Positions 1-13,148 of a DNA stretch of 64,000 nucleotides are shown here, piece by piece (the stretch's first letter is position 1; each line of letters opens with the position of its first letter). The position numbers and the translations under genes are program-made. The notes under the pieces were generated by a model, which was not told the DNA's origin, did no database searches, and was given only the letters and a program-made list of their open reading frames with translations. Source of the DNA: Octopus sinensis (Eukaryota); assembly GCF_006345805.1 (NCBI RefSeq), contig NC_042998.1, positions 73,594,001 to 73,658,000 of the forward strand, in the 5' to 3' direction.

Positions 1-305
1 AGCCCATATCTATTCCCAATTATTTTCTGTTCGGAGAACAATAGGATATTTTCGCATCAGCTCAATCGCCAGAACTAAAAGGCCTTCAAATAAATAGCAT
101 TAAAGCAATCTTCATTACACTTTTTCAAATATGTTTAATAACGGCTCTCCTATATGAATATGGAATGTATTACAATATGACCCGATTAATATATTATATG
201 CATATGATGGCAGCTGTTCATGTTATCCTGGGTATATATGGGTATATTGGGCTTTGTACATTTGTACTTCAGTCTCATTTTGATGGCATGCGCTGCTCTC
301 TCACT

Positions 306-306
306 C

Positions 307-356
<50 letters not shown>

Positions 357-385
357 TGATGATGATGATGATGATGATGATAATG
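306..385. repeat. compound (AAT)n(GAT)n microsatellite
   Basis: Read directly from the sequence. Confidence 0.95.
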
Positions 386-716
386 TGAAAAGTACTGCTT
401 GGACAGAGAACGGAAATAGTATGAACATGAACCAGAAGGTCTCACCGAGAACAAGGAATATAAGATACTATGGGATTTTATAATCCAATGTAATTGATGC
501 CCGGACCAGATATTGTTGTAGATAAAGGGAAAAAGTAAACTAAGATTATAGATAGTGCAATACCTTGGAATGCATGCATAATTGAAAAAAAGAACTAGTA
601 AAGATTGAAAAGTACAGACTACACTACTAAAAGACGAAATCGCAAGAAGTCTTCATTTCAGGATCGATAAAATAAGTATCAGTTGAGCACTGAGGCGATG
701 TATTCGACTTGCTCAA

Positions 717-751
<35 letters not shown>

Positions 752-960
752 TCAGCAGAAGCAGTAGTTGTATTATCATCAGCAGCAGTAGTAGCATAAT
801 AGTTGTGCATACACACATACTTAATGCGAAAAGATAATAAATAATGAAAAGCAGCCGTTTGTAATATTTCTGAGTTAACTTTAATTTCAATCTATTGGCA
901 ATTTTGGAACAACCTGATGTATCTAGAAGTACGCTTCATCGAAAGACCTAACTTGTTATT
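386..960 (+). mobile_element. decayed R4/Dong-clade non-LTR retrotransposon 3' fragment (restriction-like endonuclease region), interrupted by a SINE piece and (AGT)n
   Basis: Hand translation across stops and frameshifts gives YEHEPEGLTENKEYKILWDFIIQC...RPDIVVDKGKK*TKIIDSAIP...KELVKIEKY..LKDEIAR, matching the PD..D RLE signature of R4/Dong-like elements. Confidence 0.7.
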
Positions 961-1168
961 GGTGCCTATATTACAAGAAGAAATATTCTAGCTGTGGCAA
1001 TATGCTATTACTAACTGCTTTATAAGCAGTAGACGTTATTCCGTTACAGAGTGAATATATTCATTATTGATGATTGAAATGAGGTCTCCAGATTACAGGA
1101 TATTAAATATTACCTATTCATAGTGTGCTTCCAATATTTGGATTGTGTGCCGAAGTGGGTGATGAAAG

Positions 1169-1222
<54 letters not shown>

Positions 1223-1499
1223 TTATATATATATAGTATTTATTATATATATTTATATAACATTTATTATGATATATATATGTATGATATATACCAGATA
1301 AGTAATGTTAGTATTAGTATTAGGGATATGGTTGATTCTGGTAAATCCTGTAATTTTAGAAACCCTAGGTTATGTCCCCTTGATGGATTCTGTCTGACTA
1401 CTAATGCTATTTTTTTTTAGTTTCAGCTCACGAGCTGTGGCCATGCTGGGGCACCGCCATTTGGTGTTACTACATAATTATACTTCACAAATGCTTTTT

Positions 1500-2075
1500 T
1501 AGGAATTGACATTTGATGCATGAGAGAGTTTAATGCCGCGGGCACTTGACAGGGAGAGGTCCACCTTTATTTTCAAGACACCTAGATTCACCCCATGCAG
1601 GTTTCTAAGGTCCTTCGGGAGGATATGGAAGAGCTTTGGACCTCTGAAACCCAGGCTATAGCAGTATTTTGTCCTACTTCTTGACAAATTTGGAGTCCTT
1701 GGCACTATGCAGTGGCACCCAGTTCTAGTATTTGTGTAACTCTCGATGCGAGGTAATATTAACAAGTGCTTGGGACAAGTCCTTCCAGAATCTTCCAGAT
1801 GTATATTATGGCATATCTTTCTCGCCTAAACTCTAAGGAATAGAGTCTTAATCTCTTGAGCCTTTCCTTATAGCTTATATGCTGCACAGAGGCCATCTTC
1901 ATGTAGCTTCGTTGGATTGCCTCAAGTTCTGAGATTAATTTGACACTGGTTGGTGGCTATAGCTGAGAGCAATAGTCAAAGTGGCTTCGGATAAGTGTCC
2001 TCCAGAGGACCATCATGGTTTCCTGGTCTCTTGTTCTAAAAGTTCTCAGAATCCATCCGGTCAGCCGCCTGCATT
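1500..2075 (-). mobile_element. CR1/L2-like LINE 3' fragment (post-RT region)
   Basis: LRLYSLE.RRERYAIIYIWKILEGLVP and SLGFRGPKLFHILPKDLRNLHGV motifs; related pieces at 6488-6655 and 11640-12760. Confidence 0.65.
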
Positions 2076-2084
2076 TCATTGCCA

Positions 2085-2390
2085 ATTTAGCATTTATATA
2101 TAAATGCGTTGTTAAGGAGCAGGGTAATTTGTATAGGTTTTACATAGGTAGTACTGACAATTTTAAAGCGAGGTATACAACCATTGTGAATTCGTTTTCG
2201 AACGAAAATTACTGTAACTCCACTATACTTCCCTCTTATATACATGATTTAAAGAGGAATAAAAAAAAGTTATTCTCTTGAATGGCCTGTTATCTCAAGA
2301 GCCCCTTATTTTAGAATTAATATTAACAAGTGCAAGTTCTGTATAAGGGAATCTCTTGCCATAATTAGGCCCTTTGGGCCTAAAACATTA
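2085..2390 (+). mobile_element. Penelope-like element GIY-YIG endonuclease remnant
   Basis: ORF 2015-2281 contains FIYKC...FYIGSTDNFKARY...SF...ST.L.SYIHDLK, followed by KCKFCIRESLAII. Confidence 0.7.
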
Positions 2391-2514
2391 ATTTGTGTGT
2401 GTGTGCCTTTCTGTCTGTCTGTTAGTCTATCTCTCTGTCTCTCTGTCAGTCTGCGTGCGCATGCTTGTGTGCGTGCGCGCACGCATATGTGCACTCGTGT
2501 ATGTGTGTGTATAA

Positions 2515-3110
2515 TCTTCACCTGCTTATTCGTAGGAGATTCGCGGTTGCAAGATCTTCAAAAACGGTCTTTCAGCGGGTCCCGTCAGACATACACCTCC
2601 TGCAATTGAGTAGGTTGAATCTTCAAACGAGAACAACATTCTTGCTCGTGGTCTACTCCTAGGTCTCTTTCCGGTTGGTGTTGTCCGTAAAGTCTGTGCA
2701 GCGATCATTTACTGAGACTTTCTTACCACATGTACATAGTACCGGAGCTGTAATCTTTCAATACTGAGAACTAGATATTCTGCCTGCAATCTAGGCACTC
2801 TAGGAAGTAATATTTCTCCAAAGACTCTCTGAAGGACCCCCATCTCGGCTGCTTGTATTCGAGATCTTGTTCTTTCGGTAATTACCATAGATTCATGACC
2901 ATAAGTAAGAATAGGCACGAACCACCCAATTGAAGATAAAGAGTTTGGTTTTTACATCTATCTCCATTCTTTTCATAACCGAATGTTAAAGATGATGCAT
3001 TGCTGCACCAGCTCCTGCCATTCTTACACTTAATTCAGTCCCCTACCCTATATCATCTGAGAAAACGGCCCCAAAATACTTGAACACTTCCACCTGCCTT
3101 GCGCAAGCTT
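2515..3110 (-). mobile_element. RTE-clade LINE 3' fragment
   Basis: PILTYGHES..ITERTRSRIQAAEMGVLQRVFG and GKRPRSRPRAR, the typical RTE C-terminal motifs. Confidence 0.7.
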
Positions 3111-3389
3111 TCTTGACAGGAAGCGCGTCTCAGTCATTGATTTTCTTTCTTACTGAGCAGCACTCAGTAAGAACCTACATCTAATGGTGATCGGTACAGG
3201 ACTAGTACACTTGCTTTTCATGCTAATTCAGAGTGATGTAATTTCTACCTATAATTTCGGTTCCATTAGTGTATACACACATGCGAGCACATATACCAAC
3301 ACACCTACAACACACACACATATACGCATGCAGTTTTTATATGTATGAGTGTATGTATACATGTATATGTTTATATATATGTGTGTGTA

Positions 3390-3735
3390 GATTGAAATTG
3401 ATCAAAAATCAATGGAAATTGTAGTTGCGATACCAGTGCCGGTGGCACGTAAAAGAACCATCCGAACGTGGCCGTTGCCAGCGCCGCCCCAACTGGCCTC
3501 CGTGCAGGTGGCACGTAGAAAGCACCAACCAATCGCGGCCGTTGCCAGTCTCGCCTGGCACGTAAGAAGCACCCACTACACTCACGGAGTTGTTGGCGTT
3601 AGGAAGGGCATCCAGCTGTAGAAACACTGCTAGATCAGACTGGGCCTGGTGCAGCCTCCTGGCTTCCCAGACCCCAGTCGAACCGTCCAACCCATGCTAG
3701 CATGGAAAGCGGACGTTAAACGATGATGATGATAT
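3390..3735 (+). mobile_element. GC-rich SINE-like retroelement with internal GGCACGTA(A)AAG repeats and (GAT)n tail
   Basis: Three GGCACGT repeats, GGCGTTAGGAAGGGCATCCAGCTGTAGAAAC box and a terminal GACGTTAAACGATGATGATGAT. Confidence 0.6.
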
Positions 3736-3739
3736 ATAC

Positions 3740-3770
<31 letters not shown>

Positions 3771-6386
3771 TGGGGATATAGACATTACATATATATTCGG
3801 AGATGTGTGCATGTATGGCGACATACATATGTGTAGGGCACTTGTGTGTCAATAAAAGCTTGCCTCAAAGAAACAACTCCTTCAGCTGTACGTTTCTTCT
3901 TCCCAAACATCTCGGTTCAATATATTGGAAACACTAAGAAGAAATTAAACAAAAGACTCGTAAATCATAAACATATGTCACAGTTCTTTATGTATGCTGT
4001 CAATAGAGTTCTGAAAATTGTTATCTCATCTCAAATTTAGTTAATGATTAATATTCTGTATAGTTGAGTTAGATAAACTCGACTAGAAATGCGTAGTTCA
4101 TGCTTAGGATATATTCGTTAGTGCATATATTGATTATTGATATGTTACTGGTGTCTCAGTAACCAAACATATTGATATGTCATTGTACTAACCAAGTATA
4201 TTATGTCGATGGTATCATAGGAACGAAGTATATTGATAAATTATTTATGTCTTTCTAACCAAGCAATAAAAAGAGTTCACATTGCTAGTAGACGTGACAG
4301 AGAGTTAAATATTGCCGATAGGTTGTATGTAACATTTCTGAAAATCATATTACTAAATACATAAATGCAAACTGTTTGTTTTAATAATTTGACAAGTTCA
4401 ACATACATCTATATATGTTAAACTGAATGTATAAAAATAATCTTGTGATTATTTCATTGAAATGTAATTATTTATGATTGTCAAATTTCTAATTGAGCAG
4501 ACATAAGAATTATTTGTCTCGAAATGTTAATATCTTGAAATTATCTAGAGAGAACATTTAAAAGATATTTATAGAAAATTCTGAAAGAGTACATATGAAA
4601 ATAAAATTTTACTGAATTGTGTTTGCCCAGTTAAAAACTACAAATTATTGAGTTATAACGTCAAGTATTTTACAAGATGCTTTGTGGAATGAGTTGAAAT
4701 TCTGATGATTTCTCAAACTATACTTGTATAGTTAATTATTTTTGTCTTATTTTATTAATCTGCGATATTGCTTTTTGTAATCATAAAGTGAATACAATAT
4801 TGCGAAATTTAAATAGAAACTAAATGTTCAATTATAATAACACATTATTTATGTAATTATGTGACATTATAAGTAAAGTGCTTCACTGTATGTGTAGTTG
4901 GCTCTTATTTCCTCGGCTTCCTATTTCCATATGATAGTTAATACAAGCACGACAAACAACTTGAATCGAAAAACAATCATAGAGTATATTATATCGATTT
5001 TAACAGCTGCTATCGCTGGACTTCATATCATGCTGGGGCACTGATATGAAAGTTTCCCTCGATTATTAAGTGTTCTGGCATATCGGTCCCTTTTGTTGTT
5101 TTTTTTTAGACTTTTGTAAAATAATTAGTCAGACATGATGAGCAAGTGGACACTGCCCGTACATCTGATGAAACTAAATACTTCAAGTTATATTAACCTT
5201 GACAGCAAATACATTTCAGCTCCCTTGTGTCAAATAATATATTATGTTCTTGATAACACCTAAAAGAAGGTGCTTCTTTTCCCGTCACTAAAGTGAATGG
5301 AGCTCTGGCCAAGGGGAAGGGGTGATATCAGACGGTATCCAACGATCATCGGGTGTTTCGAACCTCAAAACTGCAACAACCATAATATTATATTATATTA
5401 TGGTATATTATATTCTATTATACATTATATTACATTATACTGAATTATATAGACTTAACGTTTCGAAAGTTAAGACTATGGAGTGTAGGAGGGAGAAAAA
5501 CAGTTAGTGTTAACATCAAGGGGCTGACGTGAAAGAAAGGTGAAGGTTAGAAACCAAGGAGAACGCTGTATTCCATATGCATATGTGTGTGTGAGAGTAT
5601 GTGAGCCTATTTCTGTGTGTGTGTACATATTTATATGTATATGTGTGCACGTGTGCGTATATCTACATGCATATTTTTCTTTCTCTCACTGATTTATCAG
5701 TCCCCACTATCACTTTAGCTAGTACACTCTCTGATTTACTACTCACCCTAGATTTACTAGTCACATTTAGTACCCGCCGCTTGTACCAAATTCTTTATCT
5801 CTCCACCTTAAACACTTTTTAAATATATTCTCACCTCCGACGTCTCACACATACTCCCTCCTTAGATTCTTATCTCTTCCTTCTATCCCTCCCCTATTCT
5901 TCTTTATTTACTGATAGCTCTCTTCTTCCCACCCCTTCACAATATCCTGACCAGCATCTAGCACTCCTTTTTCTCCTTTTCTTTTTTGCTTCCCCTAATC
6001 CTTTTAACGAACACCATTTTTCTTCCTCCTAACATTCTTATCTATTCTTTTCTCTCTATCTTCATCCCCCAACCAGTATATTCTCATAATTTCCTTCATA
6101 CAACAAGATCCTTTTAAATGAACAGCACATAGAGTTAATATCTGCACACTATCCATTTGGAATAACAATATATGAACTCCTATCGAAATTTACACACCAT
6201 GGACAAGCAACCTCTTTACTCATTCTACACAGCACATTCCTTGGATAATAGAACAACTTTGACATCCAACATGTATTCTAATTTTCATATTTCCCTTTAC
6301 ACATTCTGTCTGTATCTCTCCCTTTCAAAAATAATTTCCTATATAATGAACTCTACGAATTCCTTCTATTGAATCTCTCTTAACTC

Positions 6387-6434
6387 GTCTCTAATGAAGA
6401 GATATCATTTATTTCCCTGAAACAGCTGTGAGAC
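6387..6434 (+). ncRNA. decayed minimal hammerhead-ribozyme motif at the end of a pyrimidine-rich Penelope-type terminal segment
   Basis: gtct-CTAATGA-agagata..atttccct-GAAA-CAGCTG-TG-agac. Stem I and the palindromic loop III are present; G5 and H17 are mutated. Confidence 0.5.
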
Positions 6435-6487
6435 CACCTTTCTCGATGTAAATGTCTTAGAAATATCACACTGCCTTAGCCTTGTTA

Positions 6488-6655
6488 TCTGTGCAAAGCC
6501 AGAACTGGTCGACATTGTACAGTGCCAAAGATACCAGCAATGCCATCGTGCTTCAGGCCCAGTTACTGCGACAGCTTGGGTTTCAGGGGCCCACAGCGTT
6601 ATAATATTATCTCAAAGTGCCTGAGAGACTTACACAAATTGGATGTAGGTGTCCT
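6488..6655 (+). mobile_element. CR1/L2-like LINE fragment (same family as 1500-2075)
   Basis: YCDSLGFRGPQRYNIISKCLRDLHKLDVGV. Confidence 0.6.
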
Positions 6656-6689
6656 GGCAAGATTTCTTTGTCTCCTCACCATCGTAGCA

Positions 6690-7700
6690 CATTTTGAAGA
6701 TTTGGAAGATTCCTCTCTTGATTTCCATCTCCCCTAGTACTTGCTTCCCTACTATCAATTCCGTTCTGCAGTACTTCATGCTATTCCATATAAGGCTTCT
6801 CATATTCTCTACTGCCCCATACATTTCCATTGTTCTTATTATCCAGTAATGTGGTATCATATCGTATGCTTTCCGATTGTCAACCCATGCCATGCTCAGG
6901 TTTGTATTCTTCTCTTTGAGTTCCTGATAATTAGATTAAAATTTGAGACCTGATCCTTCGTTCCCCGGCTCCTTTTTCGGCATCCTTTTTGTTCAATGGG
7001 TAGCAGCCCATTTTTTTCGAAATATCTGTACAGTTAGTTCACCAGCCAAAGCACTTGACATTAGCTTCCACATTAGCGGAAGGCATGTTATTGGTCTAGA
7101 GTTGGATGCAACATTTCCTTCTTCAGGATCCTTGGCACATAACAATGTCTTTCTCTTTGTCATCCAGCTGGGTACTGCGCCTTCATGCAAGCACTCATCT
7201 AGCTGTTCTGCTATCCTTTCATGGAGCCCTCTCCGCTTCTTCATCCAATACCCTTGGACTACATTCGGTCCTGTGCTCCTCCAATTTGGGAATTTTTCTT
7301 AACTGCTTTTTTATTATTTCTGTGGTTATCTTTGTGTCTTCTTGGACTTCTGTATTTCTTAACCTATCTTGGATTTCACGCAGCCACTCCGCTTCATCAT
7401 TATGCTCAACAGGTTGGTCCCAGATCCCTCTCCAGAATACCTTGCTTTTCTCTGTATCTGGTATCATTGTTACGTATATTTGCCAATGTAGTTCCTGAAG
7501 CAATCTGTTTTGCCTGAACTGTATTTTCCTTTATCTAGTTTTGCTTTGATTGCTTCTACTCTTTGTTTCAGTTCTTCCAATATCACTTAACATTTATCTC
7601 TTATTCTAAATGTTCTTTTCAAGCATTATCCTTCTACAACTCCCCTCTTTTTTATTTTCAGACAAATTATTTCTTGGTCTATATAATCCAATTTCCCTTT
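6690..7700 (-). pseudogene. R4/Dong-clade reverse transcriptase fragment (frameshifted)
   Basis: ORF pieces FWRGIWDQPVEHNDEAEWL, NSRPITCLPLMWKL and MAWVDNRKAYDMIPHYWI...IKRGIFQ. Confidence 0.8.
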
Positions 7701-7992
7701 CCTTGTTTAAAAGTATAAGGTGAGATTTCATGAACATTGCACTGAGATTTTTAGAAATTTACGCTACTATGTGCAACGTTTCTAAGTAGGTGTAGGAGAT
7801 AACATTTGGTATCTGTTTCGAAACCTCAGACGAAAGTTATAGTGAAATGTGGAACAGGTCAAGTAGATTACTTTTCGTCTGAATGAGTCACACAGTAGTG
7901 TATTTGCATATACAGACATATTCTGTATAGTATGTATAATATTAGAGATACGTTAACCGTGTTTTAATTCATACCACTCAATATTTACTCCA

Positions 7993-8125
7993 ACTCCGCC
8001 AAGGTTGACTTAGCCTTTTATCCTTTCGGAGTCGATAATTAAGCACCAGTTGCGTACTGGGGTCGATCTGATCGACTGGACCCCTCCCACAAAATTTTGG
8101 GCCTTGCATCTAGAGCAGAAAAGAA
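7993..8125 (+). mobile_element. SINE fragment (family 1, GTCGACTTTGCCTTTCATCCTTTCGGGGTCGATAA core)
   Basis: Matches other copies in this window (9565-9775, 50760-51190). Confidence 0.75.
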
Positions 8126-8199
8126 CATTTACTCCGACTGATTATTTAGTTTCCACCATCTTCATGCAAATAATATATTCTCTATCCATCGGGATATAA

Positions 8200-9010
8200 T
8201 ACAGCGGTCAGAAGATGTAGAGGAAAGTAGTATATTTTCATGCAGAGAAATACTAGATCGATCACTGATAGCAGTAAATTACAGCAGCCAAGATCATACC
8301 TTTCTGACAGTAATAGGTTATGAAAATGAATTTCAAACCAGTGACAAAGCATTCATAACTTTACTACCGAGATTTGAAATAATATACTCCAACTGATACA
8401 CATTGTTGAGATGAAAACTGATTTATTTCAAATATAGAAAAAGAGTTCTGAAAACAGAACTGGGAGTAGTTAGCAAGTTAGCAGGGCAGCTATTCATAAA
8501 GAAAATAATCAATGAAGTAATAGTAATGAACCGCTGGAACTTGACCGTAGTGTGGATAAAGTATCAGAGAGTCTTTGATACTGAATCGCATGAGTGGATC
8601 ACTAAAGCTCTACCTTTAACTGAAGTCTCCAAACTATAAATAGCTGCCATTAAACACCTAACCGAGAGAATACATTAATAATGTTTAATACAATACATCA
8701 AAAAGGCATTCTACGGTTAAATGTGTGTCTGTACTTCTCTTTGTTATCTCTCCAAATCCACTATTATACCTGCTCAAAGAACATTGAGATTGTAACAATG
8801 AATATCCCAGATATACGTAGACGATCTGAATCTGTATATAGCGAGGAATTAGTGTTTAAATATAGGAAGTTGCCATGTCTGGGTCAGGGAATAGGACATA
8901 TTTCAATAATACATGTAAAGTGGGTATTCTTAGTGATGTAGTTACCATGATAGGAGTTCCTACAGGCGAATTATTGATTGTTTCGACAAAGTTGAATTCC
9001 TGTTACAACA
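8200..9010 (+). pseudogene. highly decayed R4/Dong-like RT fragment
   Basis: Near 8540-8630 it reads LTVVWIKYQRVFDTESHEWITKAL, resembling the WIDYxKAFDxVPHxWI motif. Confidence 0.45.
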
Positions 9011-9564
9011 TACATAGCTATTCTTTTCAAAGTGTTAATACAATTGAAAACTGACGCGTATTATTACAAGTGTATTATTATAAATGAAAATTTAGCTTGA
9101 TATTTAATCATTACCATCTTGTGTTTATTTTATAATTATAAAAATATTACACAACTATAAAAAGAGGCAAAAGTAAATATACAGTTTCAAGTATACGGTG
9201 ATAAAACGAATAATTTGAACACATTACACTTAAGATCTTATAATGTATTTGAAGTTGAAACAAAATAGTTTTGTATTAATTAATTAGATATACACATTCA
9301 GTAGATTTTCATTTACATACATAATCTTTCAGAAGTTTCGAGAAAATTTCTTTATATTTCCTGTTTACATTACTTCAAGATATTAACATTTTGAATCAAA
9401 TACTCATAATTGTTAAATAGGTAATTACAATGATATATTTTAGCGTTTCTAGAAGATACACATAAATAATTATATTTCAGTAAAGCAATTTTCAGAGAAC
9501 TTTGATATATTTTAATAAGTTTACATATGGACATTTGTATTTAATTTATACAAAATGTTTCTTT

Positions 9565-9775
9565 CTATTATATGCACAAGGCCTGAAATTTTGGGAGATG
9601 GAGATAGTCCATTACGTCGACTCCAGGACTCGACTGGTACGTATATTATCGACCCCACTAAAGGATGAAAGACAAAGTCGGCCTCGGTGGAATTTGGAGT
9701 CAGAACGTAAAGTCGGATGAAATGTCGGTAAGCATTTTCCCGGCCTCTTAACGATTCTACCTGCTCGCCACCTTA
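9565..9775 (-). mobile_element. tRNA-derived SINE (family 1), near full length
   Basis: Minus strand reads GGTGGCGAGCAGGTAGAATCGTT...TTCTGACTCCAAATTCC, then the shared core and an A-rich tail. Confidence 0.8.
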
Positions 9776-9781
9776 TATTTA

Positions 9782-10482
9782 TCTATAATACATTAAAAGT
9801 GATCTTGAATCTTGCTTGCGTGCTTGCAATTTTACCCAGCTAAAGTGGCGAATGCTGGGGAAATACTATGAATTAAGTTCCGTCTGAAATTTAAATACGA
9901 ACAGAATAAAACAAGTTTCGCGTAAATCAGACCAGTGGTTACTGAGATATTCGGGGTTTGGGGGTAATACCCAAAACGGTGCACAATGGGAAAATACTCC
10001 GAAAATAACTTAACCCTGAAGGGGAAGAAACTCTAACCTTTTTCCATTAGACATTAGACATTAGATGGGCAAAATATTTTCATGTGAAAATGACTTTAAA
10101 AATATGGTTAATATTTCGTAAAAGATCCGTTCGTAACTTCGGTGCGAAATAGCTTTTTTACCATGGGTTTCTTTCTAGTGCATTCAACATATGTCACCTC
10201 CAAAGACGCGATATTTCTAGCACACCCTGCTACCACGTAACAGTTATTTTCGATAAGGGATTCGAAATACCTATTACATGGTAATAGGGCGTGCAAGAAA
10301 TAGCAGCCAAATCTTTCCTTTTTTGGGAACAGAAGCCGTTTACGCGTGATTTCGTTGTCACATTCGTTGAAAGCATGCGAAATAACACGAAATAACACGG
10401 AAAAGAAAAAAAAACACAAAAGAACTCCGCTGCTGAGAAACTCAGACTTCTTCGGTGACCCAGTGGGTCACGGGTAGTCTAG
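9782..10482 (+). mobile_element. non-autonomous Helitron
   Basis: 5' end A|TCTATAATACATTAAAAG; GTGACCC-AGT-GGGTCAC hairpin (10455-10471) just before CTAG|T; inserted between A and T. Confidence 0.65.
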
Positions 10483-11639
10483 TATAAAATATAGGTTTCA
10501 AATTTTGGCACAAGGCTAACAATTACAGGATGGGGACTAATCTATTTCAACGACTTCAGTATTCAATTGGTACTTATTTTATTGAGCGGGAAAATCTATC
10601 TCTACAGAATTTGAACTCAGAACTTAAAGACGGACAAAATGCTGCTGAGTATTCTGCCAGGTTGCTGTCTTTATATTTTTATAAAACATTAAAACTGTAC
10701 AGTATTGTATATATCATAGGACATGTTTTGGCGGAATTGTCATATCGACTCTTTAAAACATTTAACTTCTCCACAATCACAACACTTTTTACTGTTTCTT
10801 TAATAATATACAAACATCATATAATTGTATTGATCTAGTAAGACACCAATAATAGCAATAATCAGTGTATCTACAGAAGATAATATATCATACATTAAAA
10901 TATTTTGCTTCGATTCGAATCTATCTAATTAAATTCCGCTGAGTATTAATCATTATTCGAGGTAAGCTTATGATTTACAGAAATACATTGATAATGCACA
11001 AAAGATAGTATGATACATTTGTATTCTTTATACAACATATTTCATTAATATTGACATTTATTTCGTATTAATCAAATTTAGTTTAAATATCTTTGTGAGG
11101 CAGTTTATTTGTCTTTGTTATTTTCCAGTGTATTTTACTGAAACGCTATATTAATATGTTATACTGAGAAGATATAGTCCAGTAGAACGATGCGTTTCTT
11201 TGCATTCATAACACAGATATATGTATACACATACATCAGTCTGTGAAAATGCAGTAAAAAGTAAAGCAATGGAGACATTAGTGTCATTTATTATTAAATT
11301 ACGATTATTTCGAGCACTGTTAGGTCTTAAAAATCATGTACGAAGGCGGGAAGCATATGGCTATGATTATAGACAATCATCATGTAATTTCAGGCCATAT
11401 TACATGCAAACCACCTCTCATCTAGTCTGATTTGTTCATTCCGCAAGTCCCCTTTCATATATATATATATATACGCACATATACACACATATACATACAT
11501 GCATACATTCATAGATACATACATATATATATTCTTTTATTCTTTTACTAGTTTCAAGTCTAGAGTTGCCGCCATACTCTAGAACTGCCGCCAGAGTTTC
11601 AACTCTAGAGCTGCCGCCATCGTCTTAGCGTTGTTTCAC

Positions 11640-12760
11640 AACTTAAAACCGCTTCAGATATGTGGCATTTGGGCATAATGGTGTTTGAAGTTGCTGCCCT
11701 CATATGCAATGCCTGCTACTAGGTAGGATTATCCGGAACTTTTGAGAAGAGGAGATCAAACTTTGTTTTTGAAAATATTTACATCCATCCTATGTAGGTC
11801 CCTCAGGATTTTTGGGCGGATGTTGAAGAAATGTAATCCCTTGAAACCCAAGCTGCTGCAGTACCTTGTCCTGTATCCTGATGGCAATGTTAAGATCTTT
11901 GGTACTATTCAGTTCTGCTGTGCACGTTCTTCCAGTGTTACCAGATGTGTATCACTCCATATCTTTACCGTCTTCGTTCTGGGGAGTTAGGTCTTAACTT
12001 TTTCAGCCTCTCCCTGGAGATGACATGTCACATTGAGACGATCTTCCTTGTGTAGCTTTGCTAGATTGCTTCCAGTTCTGACGTTAATTTTACATTGTGT
12101 TGTTGGTCATATTTGGAGGCAGTAATCTATATGGTTAAGGACAAATGTCCTCCAGACGACCCTTATAGTTTCCTGGTCTCTCGATGTGAAAGTCCTAAGG
12201 ATCCAACCAGCCAGCAACCAGCATTCTATTGTCAACACAGTAACATGCATCATTACTCGTGTCAATACCCAGGGCGCAATCTGATTTTGATTCTAAGATT
12301 GCAATCCCTTCTGAGCCTATGACCCTTGTTTGCTTTTCATTCTGCTTCGCGTATTAGTAGCGTTCAGCTTCTGTTTTGTGTTCTTCGGGAGACTTTATAA
12401 TCGTCTGTATAAATAGCAAGAGTGGCTATCTGAGCAGTTGAGGGCATGTCTAAGTGAGCTACTATGAATTGTAGTGGTTCCAATACGCCGAGTGGACACC
12501 ACTCATTATTTGCGTTTCCTTGGAGGTATCCCAGTTGGCTACAACTACATGATTTCTATCTCATGGAAAGTCGTATAGCCACTCTCCAGGATTTTCCGAC
12601 TATGTTAAAGTCACGTAACTTGTGACATATACCATCGTCGACTTTATCAAATGCTTTTGCAAAGACAACTTAAATTACAACATTTGAATTATTGAGCAGC
12701 TGTTTTAACACCTAGTCATAATGGGAAACATGCTTGGTGTCAGTGAGCAAGTCGTTCTCT
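11640..12760 (-). pseudogene. CR1/L2-like LINE RT fragment, decayed
   Basis: FAKAFDKVDDG near 12635-12665, a degenerate QG..LGPL.F region, and similarity to 1500-2075. Confidence 0.6.
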
Positions 12761-13103
12761 TCGTGATTAGTTTCCTTCAGTGTTTTCTCTCCCACCCTTC
12801 CCTATTCTTCTCCTCTCCCCCTCACGATGCTCTCTCTCACTCCTCCTCGACTCTCTCGTCACTGACAAGTGGCGAGTGGGAATCTACCTTTCTACCCACA
12901 ACCTTCGCAAAAGACTAAACGTGCTTATACTGTCTCTTCATAAGTTCGTCACATGCGATCACGTGTAGTTAATAAACAAAATTGTGTTCTCAATATGCCA
13001 AATAGTGAGAATATATAAAAGTAGAACAGATAGATATTCATTTAAACAAAAGATCTCATACATAATCGTTTGTTGTAAGGCCCACAGGGCTATGAAACTT
13101 CCA

Positions 13104-13148
<45 letters not shown>

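Noticed and set aside
186-890. poly-Leu/Asn/Asp ORFs
   Set aside because: They are translations of trinucleotide microsatellites.
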